Origin: Ginglymostoma cirratum
Taxonomy: Eukaryota
Length of the DNA: 64,000 nucleotides
Direction: 5' to 3'
Assembly (NCBI GenBank): GCA_024137785.1
Contig: JAHRHZ010000022.1
Coordinates: 27,704,377 to 27,768,376 of the forward strand
Both the position numbers and the translations under genes were made by a program. Position 1 is the stretch's first letter. Each line of letters begins with the position of its first letter. This document shows, piece after piece, positions 63,008-64,000 of the stretch. The notes under the pieces were generated by a model that did no database searches, was not told where the DNA came from, and saw only the letters and a list, made by a program, of their open reading frames with translations.

Positions 63008-64000
63008 TTTTCATTGAATTCATTAGAGTTATTGCAAATACCATGTGTCACTGTGCTGTTCCAAACTCTGCAGTAGTAACACCACCAAAAAGACACTTGT
63101 GTATGACCAAAGGTTTCACACCACTGTATTAATATTTAATTTTAGGTTAGTGACATCAAGATTTAATATACTGGTTTCATTAGTGAGGCAGAAGTTAAGA
63201 GTTTGACATGTGCCAGCCAGCATTTTATATGCTATAAAAGTGGGGATTCACACATGGGCTAGTCAGGTTTCTCATGTGTAGGGTAATATTGAGGGTATTT
63301 CTTCTTGTGAGTTGACTAGTCATTTCTTGCTTTTTCAATATTACTGATAATAGCTGGGTGGTAAGCACATTCTTATGAGGAAGCTTAAATGAAGATTTTT
63401 AAGGATACAGAACATTAACAGACATTTGGCATCAGTAGATAACTTTTGCTGATTTGCGCAGATTCTGAAGTCTAAATGCATGGTTTGAGTTGTGATGCAG
63501 ACAGTAAGACTGGAGAGCAACTCGTGCATTGCTTTGATTTAATGCCAGTGGAATCTAATACCAACACTGTCAATCCAAGTGTAAAAAGTGCTTAGACCTT
63601 TTTAACCTGAATACTGTCTGACATTTGTTTAATTCCAGATATGTTTGCAATGTCTACATATATAAAAAGCCTGCTCAACCTCGTCCCTGACTGAGCCCAG
63701 GTGGGGAAGAGAGACAGGGGCAAGTGTAATATCGGTATCACTGATTTGAATCTCACTTGGTGAGGATAGGTAACTGGAAGCAGCAAGGATCTGGCCAAAC
63801 ATGATGTTCTCTTTGCAGATCACTGTTGAATTCAAAATGCTTCATAGTAAATTTTGTCCTATGGTAAATGCCATTCTTTTGACAATTCTTCGAATTTCAA
63901 GCTTAACTTTTTTTCATTCAGTATGGACTAATATTATTAAGTTAACCTTGGGACAGCTGTTAGGAAAACAGTCCTGAATATTATCATGCATTTTCATTTT

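Noticed and set aside
1-64000. CRISPR arrays, prokaryotic operons, intact autonomous retroelement, U12 introns
   Set aside because: None seen. The sequence is eukaryotic, all LINE ORFs are disrupted, no Penelope RT/GIY-YIG ORF was found, and the RBBP6 introns have ordinary U2-type GT-AG sites.

Overview
Vertebrate genomic DNA. The repeat content (an HE1-type V-SINE, Deu-type SINE remnants, many CR1/L2 LINE fragments) points to a cartilaginous fish, probably a shark; this is an inference. The window holds one complete + strand gene, RBBP6, the E3 ligase and pre-mRNA 3'-cleavage factor (DWNN ubiquitin-like domain, CCHC zinc knuckle, RING, Pro-rich, RS and Lys-rich regions). I read 17 GT-AG coding exons by hand. 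All splice phases are compatible, giving a 5364-nt CDS and 1787 aa from ATG 12385 to TAG 62648, behind a CpG-rich promoter at about 11.0-11.7 kb. Most other ORFs in the track are decayed repeats or shadow frames. The first notable signal is two families of short Penelope-like-derived elements carrying a minimal hammerhead ribozyme motif (CUGANGA-stem II-GAAA); two copies have long inverted arms and 14-bp target-site duplications. The second is a set of candidate RBBP6 isoform switches: the DWNN-only intron-3 read-through/polyA isoform, an unexpected in-frame 51-nt exon with an upstream stop-containing acceptor, a 3'UTR-like intron-4 segment, and a 102-nt cassette exon with a long AG-exclusion zone. 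Repeat boundaries are approximate, and all comparisons with human RBBP6 are from memory and need alignment.
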